A DNA stretch of 62,371 nucleotides, counting the filler. It is 19 parts of 19 records of this genome, joined end to end, with 100 filler letters (N's around TTAATTAATTAA, not from the genome) between each part and the next. Parts side by side here need not be neighbours in the genome. Positions count along the whole stretch, not along the records: positions 20,833 to 27,990 come from SRR9670534_1523; positions 28,091 to 30,800 come from SRR9670534_1524; positions 30,901 to 33,333 come from SRR9670534_1526; positions 33,434 to 39,933 come from SRR9670534_1529; positions 40,034 to 44,178 come from SRR9670534_1530; 14 more parts are not named here. One strand, written 5' to 3'. A program made the translations under genes and the position numbers. How positions within the stretch are numbered: the stretch's first letter is position 1; each line of letters opens with the position of its first letter. Below are positions 27,665 through 40,509 of this stretch, in pieces. The notes beneath the pieces were generated by a model, which saw nothing but the letters and a program-made list of their open reading frames with translations, did no database searches and was not told the origin of the DNA.

Positions 27665-29442
27665 AATTTTGTTGTAATCACAGCATGTGCAATTTTCTCA
27701 GTCTAAAAATCAATTAAAATGAAGAATTATAAAAGAAATTATTCTAAAGCAGATATTGTAGCCATTTTAAGTCATTACTAGCACAAATTGTACCATTACT
27801 ACTACATGTATTGCCAAACATCATCATTATCATGGTCATACATAATTATAGTAAACGTAATGGAAATTAGATGACATTGCAGCAACATTACTACCACCAA
27901 TATATGAAAGCAATAATAGGGTACTGTAATAGTGAACTTAGCAAACGCTTACTACAGTACTATTATTAATAATACAAATTGTATTATACANNNNNNNNNN
28001 NNNNNNNNNNNNNNNNNNNNNNNNNNNNNNNNNNTTAATTAATTAANNNNNNNNNNNNNNNNNNNNNNNNNNNNNNNNNNNNNNNNNNNNTTCGAAATAT
28101 TGCTTGGAGTGTGTTGCTAAACACTTCATTAAAGTTCAAGAGCAAATACAGCGTCGAGGTGATCGGAGCTTTTTGCTTCAGCATTTCTATTGCAGATATG
28201 AAACAGAAGTTCCTTCTACATCACTTTATTTTCTTTTTGAGAAAACCGTTGAATATGTCTTTTTGGATTAGGTAATCATGTTATTGCTCTAAGAGTTGTG
28301 TTGTTCAAACATTATTATTGTAGAGGAGAGAAAAAGGGTTGAATAAACGATTGAGAATTTTCTAGAATTGATCTACAGTTTTGCATTAGTGATTATTAAT
28401 TAACAATATTTATGTTTTAGTAATACAGATTTTTAGAATTGCATACAAATTTAGCAGCGTTAGTTATTATTAATAAGAATAATAATATTATTAAAATGGC
28501 TTTTTATCCTCAGAAATTTTCATAGATGAATGAATCATCCTCTAGGTCAATAAAACTTGCCATGGATATTATTAGCAAGCAGTTTGGGCAAAGTAATTTA
28601 TTAATTCTAACTAATCATATTTATTCAGAAAACAGCAACGATTTGTTACGAATAATGTATCTTTGAAATTTTCAAATTGAAAAGCAATACAGTGGTAAGT
28701 AACTAAATACAGCAATAGTGCAAAGGTACGTACTTTTCGAAAGTTTTCGTAGTTTTGAAAACCTCTGCATATTTTGTACTTTTGAACCTCATTTTTGTAT
28801 TTTTAAAAAGTACGAGAATTTCTCGTCGAGAAATGTTGAAAAATTATGAAATACCTAATATAATAACGTTAAAGATTTTAAGTTAATATGAGTACCCTAT
28901 AATAGGAAAGTGTTGAAAAAAGCAGACTTGTTTTCATATTATTAATAAGATATCACTGATATGGGGTTTCATATCTTTGTAAAAATTTCATATTTTTTAT
29001 GGCTAAATTTAGGGTTGTGCTTGAAGCGAGAATGTTATTTATACCATTTAGTATAAGAATGTTCATCAGGAAATACTATATTATTAAATAGCAAGAAAAT
29101 AGCATGAGTTACACCAGATGCAATTAATAAAATGATGGGTTAATAAACAACAAACAAATGTAACATTTGATAATTAACATCAAATGACATATCAATATCT
29201 ACATAATAATAGAAGTATTACTTATGAAGTAAAGAAACAAAAAAACAACAAAGTTCTTGTTTAATCATAATAACATCATACTATCATAATAGCAGTCCTA
29301 TAATAGCACATCGTCTTCAAGATATTACATATTTTATATGGTACAAAAAACTAGCAATAAAAGGATTATAATAATAAAGAAGAAACGTTATAATTTTCTT
29401 TACTGCAATGAAGAAAAGTATACTATTATATTAGTACAGAAT

Positions 29443-29542
29443 AGTATTACTATTATTACATAATATTGTGGTATTACTATTATTATATAATATTGTAGTA
29501 TTACTATTATTATATAATATTGTAATATTACTATTATTATAT
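29443..29542 (+). repeat. 27-bp minisatellite, about 3.7 copies
   Basis: Unit gtattactattattatataatattgta repeated with few changes. Confidence 0.85.
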
Positions 29543-29543
29543 G

Positions 29544-29643
29544 TGAAAGAGTTCTCTATTAGATTTTTCACAAGCACTATAGTAGTATTACTATAGTAAT
29601 ACGACTATAGTGCCTGTGAAAAATCTAATAGAGAATTCTTTCA
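29544..29643. repeat. 100-bp spacerless palindrome
   Basis: Two 50-bp arms centred at 29593/29594 (cta|tag), three mismatches. Confidence 0.95.
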
Positions 29644-29754
29644 GTTATCTCACTATTAGGTATAGTTATCTAAATATTAGGTATTAAGTAATTTTGTCAT
29701 TACTAATAATGTATCCATTTGTAACAAATGATTTGATGGGCTAATTAGAGTAGC

Positions 29755-30743
29755 CTAATCTAAATCCAAAGTTTCGACCTGCAACTTTTTGTTTGGGCAT
29801 TCCATAACACCAAATTGAAAGTGAAGAAAACCATCTTTTGATAAGAAGTTTTTAATATCTGGGTGTTGATGAGCACTGCTACTAGTTATTAAAGACACAA
29901 ATCTTGAACATCCAGTAGGTCCATCAGTTGGTTTGAATAAATCACAAGTCTCATAGAAGAGATCTCCTCCAATATGATCCATAGGATAAATTATTGGTTT
30001 TGGAAAAAAATTATATGCTGGAATAAATAATCTGTCCAAATTTGCTTTGTTGACCAATCTAAATGAGATATACATCTTCATTTCGCTCTTCAATGTCCCA
30101 GAAACAGGTCCAACATGAGCAGATAGGAATTTGCCCTTTGCACTCCCATAGCCATTTTGATTCACTTCCAGCTGCCATTCTGATACCGATTGTAAGTCGA
30201 TGGAATGAATTCTGATTTTTTCTGGAGATAGGCAGGTTTCTGTATTTTGAGGATTCCACTTCAATTTCCATGTTCCGCTTAAATGGAGAGAAATACGATT
30301 CGGAAATTCAACCCCTCTACCAAGGATATTTAACTCAAACTTATATGGTATGCAATAATCACCATCATCAAGCTGGTATCCAAATAATGCTTTAAGTTCA
30401 GACTTCTTGCATAAAACTAATGTAGAACCTCCTTCATTGGCAAATTTGTGAGAATCTGTCTTTGTAATGAAATATGTTGGTATTATACGAGATTCATTTT
30501 GGTTTGGTAATTTAGGAAACAAATACCATGTCCATGTGACTTCTATAGGCAGTTGTTCAAAATTATCCAAATACATTCCAAACCTTACATTTTCATACTC
30601 ATCAATATAGTAATAGGCATGAAATACATATCCACCGAAGCATGAGCATTCATCTCTAATTAAATATCTACCTCCTTTAGGTGATGACTCTTCGGTTAGG
30701 TAAAACTTATAGGGTGGTACTCTGACATCCCAGACAGGTATAT
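29755..30743 (-). CDS. Terminal exon of a protein with two tandem MATH/TRAF-like domains
   Basis: Frame is open upstream of the listed ATG to an acceptor near 30744. WQLEVNQNGYGSAKGKFLSAHV and FLSKDGFLHFQFGV resemble MATH strands; a first copy reads FGGYVF...FGMYL...GYQLDDG. Confidence 0.6.
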
Positions 30744-33700
30744 CTGTAAGACACTGCTTTATTAATAGTACACAACTGAGTATTGTTATATCTATAAGTT
30801 NNNNNNNNNNNNNNNNNNNNNNNNNNNNNNNNNNNNNNNNNNNNTTAATTAATTAANNNNNNNNNNNNNNNNNNNNNNNNNNNNNNNNNNNNNNNNNNNN
30901 CTATATTTGATATAAATATATTTTTGCTAATATTATATTATATATTTTATTTTATAGATTCTTTTTTATATAACTATATATATATATATATACATTATAT
31001 TTTTAAGAGAGATTGCTTAGAAAATATAAAATTAATAGCTTTAAAATGCAGCTAAAATATACATAGATTTTTTAGCTACATTTTAAAGTTATTTATCAAA
31101 CTTAAATAATAATAAATGGTAATTATGGACTATAATTTATTAATATTTGATTGATTTGTAAACCTAGCTTTTCTGGACTATGTTCTGTTTTTAACAATAT
31201 ATGATATATGTGTGTTTTTTTTGTTATGTATTACTGTATATTAATGATACATATGCCTAGGTAAAAAACAATGTAACCCTTTTCACATGTACCTATATAC
31301 ATTACAGTGCTCAGACGTATTGACATATAAAGATTTTTTGGCTATCTGTCTTAAAGATTGACAAATTGTGTGTTTGTCAATTTTACATATACAGTGTATT
31401 ATGATACACTGTACAATATTGTGCGTAGTTGTATATTTACTGGAGATTCTCTAGTAACAAATATAACATTGATGTAGTGAGTTGAGCTTACTAACTCTTG
31501 TCGTCATTACGCAGGTACAGTACCTACTATTCCGCATGCACATTTTTTAGTTGTCATAGTTACAGCAATTTCGTGAGTAGTACTGTAATGATCTGTAAAC
31601 ACTTCAGATTGTGAATGTTATGTAGGCTAGGTAGGTACATTGTTCTAGGTAGGTACAAACTGCATATCGTGTGATGGGTATGTAGGCTACTAGGTATTGT
31701 ACAAGCTGCAGTCGACGACAAGTGTTACCATTAGGATTTTCCCATAAATTCTTGGCAACCAATTGTTATTAAAAATATATTTTGAAAATACCTAATCAGT
31801 AAACAATTCTTGTTGAAGTTCATCGCATACAGTGTTTAGGTACAAATAATAACGTCTCGTCCGATACTCTTCCGAAACCATTTTGTTCAGTTCAAACGAA
31901 GTTCCCATAATACTTTGATAAAGTAACTACTTTTAGACGGTACCGTACCGTACGAAGGGCCTTTGTTATTTGCACGATATTTTGCAATGAATATAATATC
32001 TTATACAATGCTTATCTACTACAGTAGTACTACTATCGTTCATATGTACGGTTACCGTACTACGGTACACTATCGTTATTATTTATAAGGCATAATGACT
32101 TTGAGTACCTAAAGTGGCTTTGAATACGTCGAGTACAGTATGGTTTCAAACCGATGGTTTATTTGATATGTACTTTTTGGTTTTAAATAATAATACTTAC
32201 CCTAATAATAATGTTTTCTTCTCGAATCGGTAAAATCGATGTTGTGTTATGTATCTCTACCTGAAAGTTTCAGGCTGAAACCCAGCAACAAGCTTGCTAC
32301 AATTCTTTTTCGATTTCTTTCTTATGTGGTATCGTGTTTGCCAAGCTGTTACCTTCATGTCGCATCACGCGATACATTTTGATCTCTCCTCAATGCTACT
32401 GTTATCCTATTGTTGTTAGGTCCCAAATGTAGAATTGTCCATTCCCACAGAATGTTCAGCATTCATTTTTCATTTTTGTCTAATTTGTAGAATGAATATA
32501 GCATTACTTAATAAAGTAAATTAAAACAATACGGACTCATTGTTAGGTAATATGAGAGAACATCGTATGGCCCATACGGTACGGTAGGTACTACCGATTA
32601 GGTAATTCTATGTACAGTTCACTGCTGGTACTTCGAATATATCAAGTGTGATTATTAAATAATCATTATTTAGCTATTTTACATGTTGCCTGCACACTGC
32701 TTCGAGTACGTTGACTCAAACGTCGTTGAGTACAGTATGTGCAATGCACTACTTCAAAGTTCGAATATGTGGAATACAATATTATTGGCCACGCTACACT
32801 ATTATTATGAGTACCTCGGATTGTGTACATATTACAGTACATTACGAATAGGTCGGATAGTGAATTACATTGTAATACTGTTATATTAGGCTACTTCGAG
32901 TACGTTGTATACAGTATTATTACAGTACACAGTACAAACTTCATGTTCGCCAAGTACAGTATTACTGTACACATTGCGTACTACACAACTTCGAATACGA
33001 CGAATACATTAAGCTGCTTAATGTATTCGTCGTATGTGTAGAATACCGTATAATACGGTCTGTATTATTAATAAGCATATACGACGAATACATTATTAAG
33101 CATATAAAGTATTCGTCGTATTCTATGTTGTATACTATTGGATAACTTTTTTGAGTACTTGAATACGTTATTGAATGTTTTATATAATATGTTCTCGTTC
33201 CTTGTAGTTCGAACACTGTAGGTAGTATCGTATACTGGCAGTTTGTATGATATTTCATGATCATCATGCGGCATGTCGTATGAATCATTATTATTCGCAT
33301 ACGGTATGATCCATTGGTCATTCAAAGTTGCAANNNNNNNNNNNNNNNNNNNNNNNNNNNNNNNNNNNNNNNNNNNNTTAATTAATTAANNNNNNNNNNN
33401 NNNNNNNNNNNNNNNNNNNNNNNNNNNNNNNNNAGTGGGAGGAAGATTGCTCAGTAGAGCCTTTCACTGTAATAAAAAGTCAATTTGTAACACATCCGTT
33501 TGCTAGTAAAAAGTTGTCGCTATTGTTGGTTAATAATAATAATACCTAATTAAACCTCAATTTTCTATGTAGTAGGTATTATATAATAAAGGAAATTCGT
33601 TGATTGAATATGTGCCTTTACCTCAAAGTTCCGTTCCTGAACAGTGAACCTATTTTGTATTTAATTACAGAAATTACCTACTACTTCAAGGTACCTACTA

Positions 33701-33893
33701 CAAGGGAGGCCTCCATTCAAGGGGGCTTCTATTACTATGTAATAGACTACTAATTAGTAGTAGCCCTATTTTATAAATAGGTATAAAGAAAGTGTATTCG
33801 CATTGTGAATTTCACGTAGATCTATAGTGACTCATATAAAATTGTCATTATTATTCTTAAATAATGTTACATTTAGCTCTATGAAGTACAATA

Positions 33894-35041
33894 ATGATGG
33901 CCACAATTAAAACCATGATAATTCTTGGTTCTGGTGGTCATACAGCTGAAATGGTACGCTTAGTGGCAACATTGCCTCCAGATAGGTTTTCTCCTCGATT
34001 GTATGTTTGTGCTCAGACAGATGCTCTAAGTAAGGTAAAAGTAGATGCTGTTGAATCAAAAGAATCGTCAAAGGTATAATACGTTACCTGCGTTTGCTAA
34101 TGTTACATAGAGCATTTTGCTTTTGGTTACTTAATACGACGCGGGTTTATTATTACTAATAATTTATTAGTAATTGTTCACCTTCAGTCGATTGCCAACA
34201 GCAATTTGCTATGCTTCAGTAGTGGGTATAAAGAAGTTATAACAACACGTTTTTAGTTTAGAACTTTGAACTGTTTGAGATCCCACGCTCACGCGAAGTG
34301 GGTCAGTCATTCATCAGTTCCATATTCACAACCATATGGTCCTTATTGGTGTGCATTCCGTTGATCGTAAAGAATGTGCCTGATTTGGTTTGTCTTTCAT
34401 TTGTTTTACTTTACATTGGTCATCATGTGTTGAAATATGCTTGTGATTATTACAATTATAATAATAAATATATTTCAGCTTCTTTGCAATGGTCCTGGAA
34501 CCTGCATACCCATCTGCTTTATCATATGGACCCTCAGGGTAACTCAATTGTTTGTTGTATCTTTTAATGAAAAATGTTCTTAATTTCCATAATATAAGCA
34601 CAATATTATTGGCAGTAATTAAGAACATTGATTTTTTTAAATAATAATTTTCTATAAAATTATAATAGATATTATTAATATATATTTTTAAATTGTTTAA
34701 TTTTTTATTATTTCTATGTGTAAGCTTAGCAGTACGATACATCATTCGCTTATGCTTTGAAGACTGGCTATTTACAAAATTGAATCAAAGTTTATTAGTA
34801 CACATTGACTGTTTGGATTATGTAAACAATAATTGATTTGTACAAATAATTATTTTTTTAGGCTTTCTGTTTGTGCAAGTGCAAAATTGTGTATGTGGAA
34901 AGTATTTGCCGAGTCCAAAGCTTGTCCTTATCTGCTTGGATCCTTTACAAACTTAGGATATGCGATTCCTTAATTGTTCAATGGCCAGAACTGGCCCTGG
35001 AATTTCCTCGATGTACATATCTTGGTACACGAATTGTTTGA
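33894..35041 (+). CDS. ALG14: UDP-GlcNAc transferase subunit ALG14 (exons 33894-34073, 34262-34387, 34479-34538, 34862-35041)
   Basis: ILGSGGHTAEM, IPRSREVGQS, PDLLLCNGPGTCIP, VYVESICRVQSLSLS, VQWPEL. Junctions phase 0. Confidence 0.96.
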
Positions 35042-35351
35042 CCAAGGTTAATTTTTTCAGAAATATTTATTGAAAGACATCCATACCATTATTATTATTA
35101 ATATCTATTATCGATGTGAAAAGTCAACCTAACGTACAATAGAGTCACTCAAGAATTTAAGAGTCAAATCTGTTTCAAATAAAATAATAATAAAAAATTC
35201 TGTTATATAATTCATATTGATAGATTTAATAATCAATCTAATACTGTATATACAGAAATATAATGACTATGTAAAGGGATAACACTCAAATATCGCAATT
35301 ATTTATATGATTAATTAATAGATGAGAAAATGCAAGAACGATTGCATTCTT

Positions 35352-36578
35352 TTACACGACTACATGCCTTTTCATATGGAGCGAAAGATGGTCGCTTCTT
35401 GCAAATGCCCTTTCGCAAAGTTTACATTTGAAAGGTCTCTGGCCGGTATGTTTCCTAAAATAACAGACTTGTCATAATAAACTTATTATTAATCATTCGT
35501 TTTGACATTTAATAATTTTCTGAAATGAGCTAAAGATGCGTACCTATAATGTCTGGTCAGCTCATCAGAACGGGCAAATCTCCAGTCGCAACCTTCCCAT
35601 TTGCAGCAGTATGGTTTTTCGCCAGTATGGGTTCGTATGTGTGCTTTTAAATGCGAACTTTTGGTATAAGTTTTACTACATCCTTCAAATGGACAAGCAT
35701 GGATCGTCTGCTTCCTTTTCTTTCTATTGGTAATCTTTGGTTTCTTGTTAATAGCTACAGTTGGTGCCATAGGAGGTTCAGGTTGAACTTCAGAAGGTCT
35801 TGCATTCTCCTCTGGTGAAATTGGTGGTGTTATTAGTGTGGTAAAATTGGGTATAGTTGAGGGCGTTGTGTAGTAGGGAAGAACATTTTGACCCATTGAT
35901 GCCAAAAGATTTGAATCGTAATAATTTGGTAGCTTAGCACTAAAGTGTTCAGGTGAATCTGGTGGAGAGCACGTGCTATACAGCAAAGGTGTACATTGAA
36001 CAAAGTGGTGCTGAAAATAACTTTGACATACAGGTGGCTTCACCGTGTTATTGAAATGATTTGGCACATTTGTTACCATTGGGGGCGGGAGTTGTTCCAA
36101 TTTTAGGTGTTCTTCAGGTGTTGTTTCATTCTGGGAGGATTCATCTGAAGTTTCTGGAGAAATTGGCTCTTCTTTGATAATATACGAAATTGATTTGTTA
36201 CTGTTTTGTTCTTCTATATCTTTAATTAATATAGTAACTAAATCATTGTCAGCCTTGTTGATGTTGGGAGTTTCCAGCTTTGCCGATGGTAAATTAGATG
36301 CTTTACCCGAGATGTTACCAACGGTGGTATCAACGTATAAGGGATCATGATAATTCAGCAGGTAGTTTTCATATTCTTGTAAGTTCTAAATTTCGAACTT
36401 TAGTTGATCAACTTATTAAGATCTCAAGTAATGCGAAATCATTCATAATTATAATGTAACTATTATTAATAATAGTAAAACTTACGGACGGTTGCCCACA
36501 TTGCACTTGAGACAGGGACTGCAACTGCAAACTTTTTGAAATTATGTAAGGCGACGTCAGCAGCTCAATTCCTAGCAT
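35352..36578 (-). CDS. Kruppel-like factor, KLF1/2/4-like (exons 36486-36578, 35544-36385, 35352-35454)
   Basis: Three C2H2 fingers: [69 protein letters not shown] and a basic patch precede finger 1. Confidence 0.93.
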
Positions 36579-36658
36579 GATCAATAGTTGTTAATTTGAT
36601 AAAAGACAAGTTTGTGATTAACTACTTATGAGACAATATTTATTGGGGAAATGTTTGA

Positions 36659-36782
36659 TTATATAGTGTTATCAATATTATTACTGTATTAGCTATTATC
36701 AAGTGATTCATGGTAACAAGTGCTAGCCAATAAGAGGCTCGAATATGACGTCATTTTCCTTATAAGTTGTTGCTATTTTTAG
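36659..36782 (-). promoter_or_regulatory. Putative KLF proximal promoter: TATA, CCAAT, CRE and MEF2 sites
   Basis: TATATAA on the minus strand at 36659-36665, CCAAT at 36727, TGACGTCA at 36746-36753, CTATTTTTAG at 36773-36782. Confidence 0.6.
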
Positions 36783-38209
36783 CAATCCATACAAGCGAAC
36801 TAACTATTGTGGATGACTGGCTTCGATAGACAGTATCAGTCTTTTGTTTACCTGACCTCATACAGGTAAGTAAGAACACAGTATTGGAATCCGTGTGCTA
36901 ATATCGCTGTCCTACTATTTGTGTTGGTACAACTTGGTCAGCCTGGAAATTTACTGAAGTAATAATGCAAATATTGTAAATGCTTACTTACAATTATTAG
37001 TAATAATTTATTACTGGATCAGTAAATATGCTATGGAGTATAGCCTATGGTAACATCATAATTAAATGAGTACCAAGGTTAATGAACGAAAAGTTAATTA
37101 GCAAAAAAAGTGCTTATTAATTAATTACTTAGCTAACTGTTTAGATCTATTAATAATACTTATTAGTGAAAATGTGAAATATCACATGTGTGTCACTATT
37201 GATTAAATAATAATTATAGTTATAACTATATATACAATACATTATGCTAATTTCAATAGTTATTATATGTATGTTATTATTAATTATTAAATAATGCTAA
37301 ATATCTCTGTATTGTAATAAATTGCAAATTATTATTAGTATTTCAACTGTTGAAATTCAACATGATTTATTATACCATATTTAATAAACTTAGTATTTTT
37401 AATAATATGTACATTGAGGAAATATACATAAGTTATAACATTTATGAGTATTAAACAGACTGATTATTATTAACAATATCACACCACTTATCTATTATTA
37501 TCTATTATCACACCACTTATCTATTACACCACTTATCTATTAGTATACTAATGCGTAAGTTATTTGTCATTACTATTTATTTACTGTGAACAATCTACAG
37601 CAAACAATTATTAATTAATAGGGATTGCTATTCAATGATGATTAATTATTAAAATAAAGATGGTATAATATTCAGGTCGCAATTTGCCAAGTCGACAAAC
37701 TATACACAAGTAAGTACTTATTATTATTAAGCAATTTGTTTTCATTTTCTAATGAGTGACATAAATCTGGAGTAAATTTATGATGCAGTAAGAAATGTGA
37801 CAATTGTCGCGACGATGTTGAAATCTTTAGCTGATAAATAGCTTCACACTTCATCACACTTTTGAGATGCTGACCGCTACCTTATACTTCAATAAATTTA
37901 GATTGAAATGACTCATCGTTATGAAGGTCTTCTAGTAAATTTCAAAGAACTACACGAATAATTTGCTACGAACGCTTTGATTGGCAGACGTAAGTTACGT
38001 AATAGAATTAAGATGATAAGTTCAGGATATCCTTTATTATTTTTCCATCAAATGAGTTACAAGCAATTAAGGAAGGAAATACACTGTTGAAATAAACATA
38101 CCAAGATCTTTATCACTGTAGTTTGAAAGATGCTCTGTCAACACTTCAACAATTAATAATTAATTACTAATTTCTAAGAGACATTGTGTCTGTGAGAAAG
38201 ATTTTTTTA

Positions 38210-39544
38210 TTAAAAATGGTATGTTTCCACTTTTGTAACAGTATCGTAATTAGAGACGAACTCTTCTATTAGAGCTACAGTAAAGTCAGTTTCCTGTGGT
38301 ATTCGGTAAGGATCTGGATAAAATGCTGCCTCATTATGGTTATTCCAATCAATCAAGTACAGTCTTGGATACTGAAACCATGGTGGAACCATTTCCATAT
38401 CCACCTCCATCATACGGTTTTTTGGGGCAAATAGCCCAACCCAATAGCTCAATTTTCTCACATCAACAAAGGCTGTCAAAATTTGGTCATATTTTTTCTC
38501 TGCTATTAATTTGACACAATTACCAAAACTGGACCTGCTGGTCATGTTTTCTTTATGTGCAAGTACCATAAGAAATGGTAAATCTTTGTTCAAAGCAAAG
38601 ATGCTACAAAAATAAGCATTGCATTCATTTATCATGTTATTTGTTTCTTCTTTACAATAATTCCCATGGAAAACAGAGAAATGTGTAATCTATGATATTT
38701 AGGTACCTGTTGTCCATATGGAACATCTCAACAGACACTTCCTCAATTGGAGACCTTGCATGATCCATAGTAAATGAATACAGATACTCTGAACATGCCG
38801 CAAAATTGTCTTCACATTTTTGCTTTGGCTTTATATTATACCTAAAGTCAAAAAGCGATTTATTTTTCAGCCTCAGGCTGAACGTTTGAACGTTAGGTGT
38901 ACATCATGGCATAATATCTGCCGGCGAGACGTCGCTACTCTGTCACTGTTAGTGCACCATGGTGAAGCCTCCACCAATTTAGCTCCTGTGGGTGGAGTTA
39001 CTTGGAGGTGGAGCTTTTTTATAATAAATATTCGTATAGATGTATTCGAGTAGTTGATTATTATAGTACATAGTAATAATTACTATAGTATTAACTGATA
39101 ATTATTATCACATGGGAGTCGTCATTATGAAAATTACGTAATGTAGTAGAAGGTAATACACGCAATATAGTAAGTCCAATGTATGTACGGTACATAATAA
39201 CTACGTACGGTACATAATGTACGCATTTACGTAAATACATAACATACAGTAAAGTGTATCGTCGTCAAATTATAAATTACAATTTATAATATGTAATATC
39301 GTATCGAACATATTTGACGTCTATGTAAGTAATATATTATGAAATAGTATGTGATGTACTTGTTGTAATTGTAAACTAGTATTATAAGTTTAAAGCAAAA
39401 CCTATGTGTTTTGTGAAATTTGTGCAAATAACCACTTTCATCTGCTCCTTCCATTAGAACTAGACTTTTCTGGAGCTGCATGATTGGCACGTTCACAATA
39501 ATCCTATTGTCTGTAAATGTATAATCTTTTCTGAGGAAATTGAC
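38210..39544 (-). CDS. Thioredoxin-fold (PDI b/b'-like) protein, 5'-partial (exons 39402-39544, 38707-38841, 38210-38603)
   Basis: Three exons join in phase 2. FTMDHARSPIEEVSVEMF, ILTAFVD, YPRLYLID and TVALIEEFVSNY follow the non-catalytic PDI domain pattern. No CxxC seen. Confidence 0.5.
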
Positions 39545-40509
39545 CTGCACAATTTAAATTATTAATAAACCTTGTTATTACTATTATTATGAATGAAAAA
39601 GTTAGTCATTCTTTATGATCGAGATTTCATAAGCGTCGCTTTTATCAGTATACTAATAATTCGAATTTTTCTATCACATACCTACAGTATAAATAAAAGT
39701 TATATCTACCTTACTGTTATTAAATGTACTTATCATAATATTATTATGGCAAGCACATATAAGGTAAGTATAACCTTTTTTGTTTGTACTCTATTTTATA
39801 TTGTGATATGCCATATATGTGCAATATTGTTTAGATGAAATGCATACTATAGATACCCACTATCAGCATTCTAATGAATTTATTTATTTATAATAGATTT
39901 TTACTTCTATATTAGGTTATAGAACTAAGGTATNNNNNNNNNNNNNNNNNNNNNNNNNNNNNNNNNNNNNNNNNNNNTTAATTAATTAANNNNNNNNNNN
40001 NNNNNNNNNNNNNNNNNNNNNNNNNNNNNNNNNAAGTCACTCACAACATCATACAGTCAAGCTACACTATAATGTTATATCAGGTACTTTATAACGCCAA
40101 CGCATATTATATTATATACTTAGTATTGTACTTACAATTAGAACAATGTACTATAGACTATAGTATACTTACATGCGTTATTATTAATAAGATTATCATT
40201 ATTATTAATTAATCTAACAACTGTAATTAAGCTTATTAAACTTATTATATAATTAGCTAATTACTAGTACATACCCATAGGCTCTATATTAACCTATACA
40301 TGTTTATTTATAGATTTAAATCTTGTATTTCTAAATACAATTAATCCAAATGGCATTATGTCTTAAAAATAATAAGTCTATTGCTGTAGGCAACGCAAAT
40401 GCTACTAAAGATAGCTTATTAATAAGCCATTATGGTACTTGTTCTATAACGTACATAAAATTATTATCAGGTAAAAAACATTATTATTAGCAAAATTAAT
40501 TAATAATAC

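Noticed and set aside
28091-28271. Exon-like stretch ending in a GT donor
   Set aside because: Probably coding, but two frames are open and I recognise neither, so no call is supportable.
32683-33325. Tyr/Thr-rich short ORFs here and at 59277-59684
   Set aside because: By-products of TAC/GTA-rich low-complexity non-coding DNA.
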